NCBI RefSeq assembly: GCF_006345805.1 | Contig: NC_043003.1 | Coordinates: 101,742,001 to 101,806,000 of the forward strand | From: Octopus sinensis | Lineage: Eukaryota | Direction: 5' to 3' | Length of the DNA: 64,000 nucleotides | Part shown: in pieces, positions 62,946 to 64,000 of the stretch | Numbering within the stretch: position 1 is the stretch's first letter | Layout: each line of letters opens with the position of its first letter | Notes under the pieces: generated by a model | What the model was told of the DNA's origin: nothing | The model's database searches: none | What the model saw: only the letters and a program-made list of their open reading frames with translations | Made by a program: the position numbers and the translations under genes

Positions 62946-63634
62946 AAAAGCAGTTGGGGTGGGGAGGTGCACATATCTGTAGTAACACCAGTGACTAAAT
63001 GATTGTTTGAGAGTATTTTTTTATAAACAAAAAAACACCATATTCTTTTATTCTCTTATTCTTTTACTTGTTTCAGTCATTTGACTGCAGCCATGCTGGA
63101 GCACTGCCTTAAAAGGTTTTTAGTTAAAGAAATTGACACTAGGACTTATTCTTTGTAAGCCTAGTACTCATTCTATTTAACTGTTTTGCAGAACTACTAA
63201 GTTACAGGCAAGGGCCTTGTTTCAGTGGGGTACTAGGAAACAAGTTACTGCATTTTTCCATCTTTTGGCCCCTACTTTTCCCCAGTTATGTGTTTTCAAT
63301 CAGTTTTGAATTTTGTTCGTTTGATATTTATATCCATTTGCTAAAAATTAAGGAAGATCAATTCATCAATAATTTGAATGAGAATTGTATAACATTTTTA
63401 TATGTATTTGTCTCACTAAGCGAATATAGATAAATAAACAGTACAATTTTTTTATCAAACTCACAAGGGAAATGCAAACAATTTAATTTTCTACTCTTGA
63501 ATTTCAGCTGCTTTTGTTTTTTGCGTAGTATATAATATCTTCAATTGTTAACATCTCAGACAATATTTTCATTGATCACAACACTTATATAAAAAAATCA
63601 CCATTTTCAAGTGAGTTTTTGCTGCACATGTAAT

Positions 63635-63668
<34 letters not shown>

Positions 63669-63829
63669 GCTTTTTCAAAGATAGTTCAATCAGGAAGAGT
63701 TCATTTGCAAACACACGTACACACTCATATATATAACATCTTTTAAATTGCATTTTCAAACCTTCTTTCGTATATAATTCCACTCGTGCGGTACCCCAAA
63801 ACTCCACTTTGTTATATATATATGATGCA

Positions 63830-64000
63830 TGTGTGCAGACAGCCATGCTACATGGCAGTGAAACATGGGCCATGACTGCTGAGGACATGCGTAAGCCTGC
63901 AAGGAATGAAGCTAGTATGCTTCGCAGTATGTACATATATGTGCATACATGACAGAGTGTAAGCGCCCTGAGAGGAAAGTTGGATATAAGAAGCATCAGA
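63830..64000 (+). mobile_element. RTE C-terminal fragment running off the window
   Basis: YDACVQTAMLHGSETWAVTAEDMRK-like sequence. Confidence 0.85.

Overview
AT-rich eukaryotic DNA that is intergenic or deep-intronic and dominated by transposable elements and microsatellites. The repeat families ((GAT)n-tailed RTE LINEs, tRNA-derived SINEs, Tx1-like LINEs, long TA/TG microsatellites) look like an octopus genome; this is an inference. I found no convincing host protein-coding exon, and the long YIYI/CVCV ORFs are microsatellite artefacts. Main elements: a near-complete Penelope-like element (6199-10288, minus) with RT and GIY-YIG domains, an inverted 5' pseudo-LTR and a minimal hammerhead ribozyme in its pLTR; a second stand-alone minimal hammerhead with a U3-A8 core (55656-55693); a near-full-length Tx1/L1-type LINE (about 27040-35050, minus) whose ORF1 is interrupted by a Gypsy fragment that starts exactly at its primer-binding site and ends at an LTR terminus; many RTE LINE copies carrying a PHD finger inside the RT and arrays of a structured ~60-66 nt module in the 3' UTR; Tc1 (IR/DR), maT, mariner and Tc2-like DNA transposons; fold-back elements, including a 777-bp palindrome with telomeric repeats; and a scrambled Tx1 mosaic at 36-42 kb. 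Most element boundaries are approximate unless a TIR, TSD or junction is quoted.
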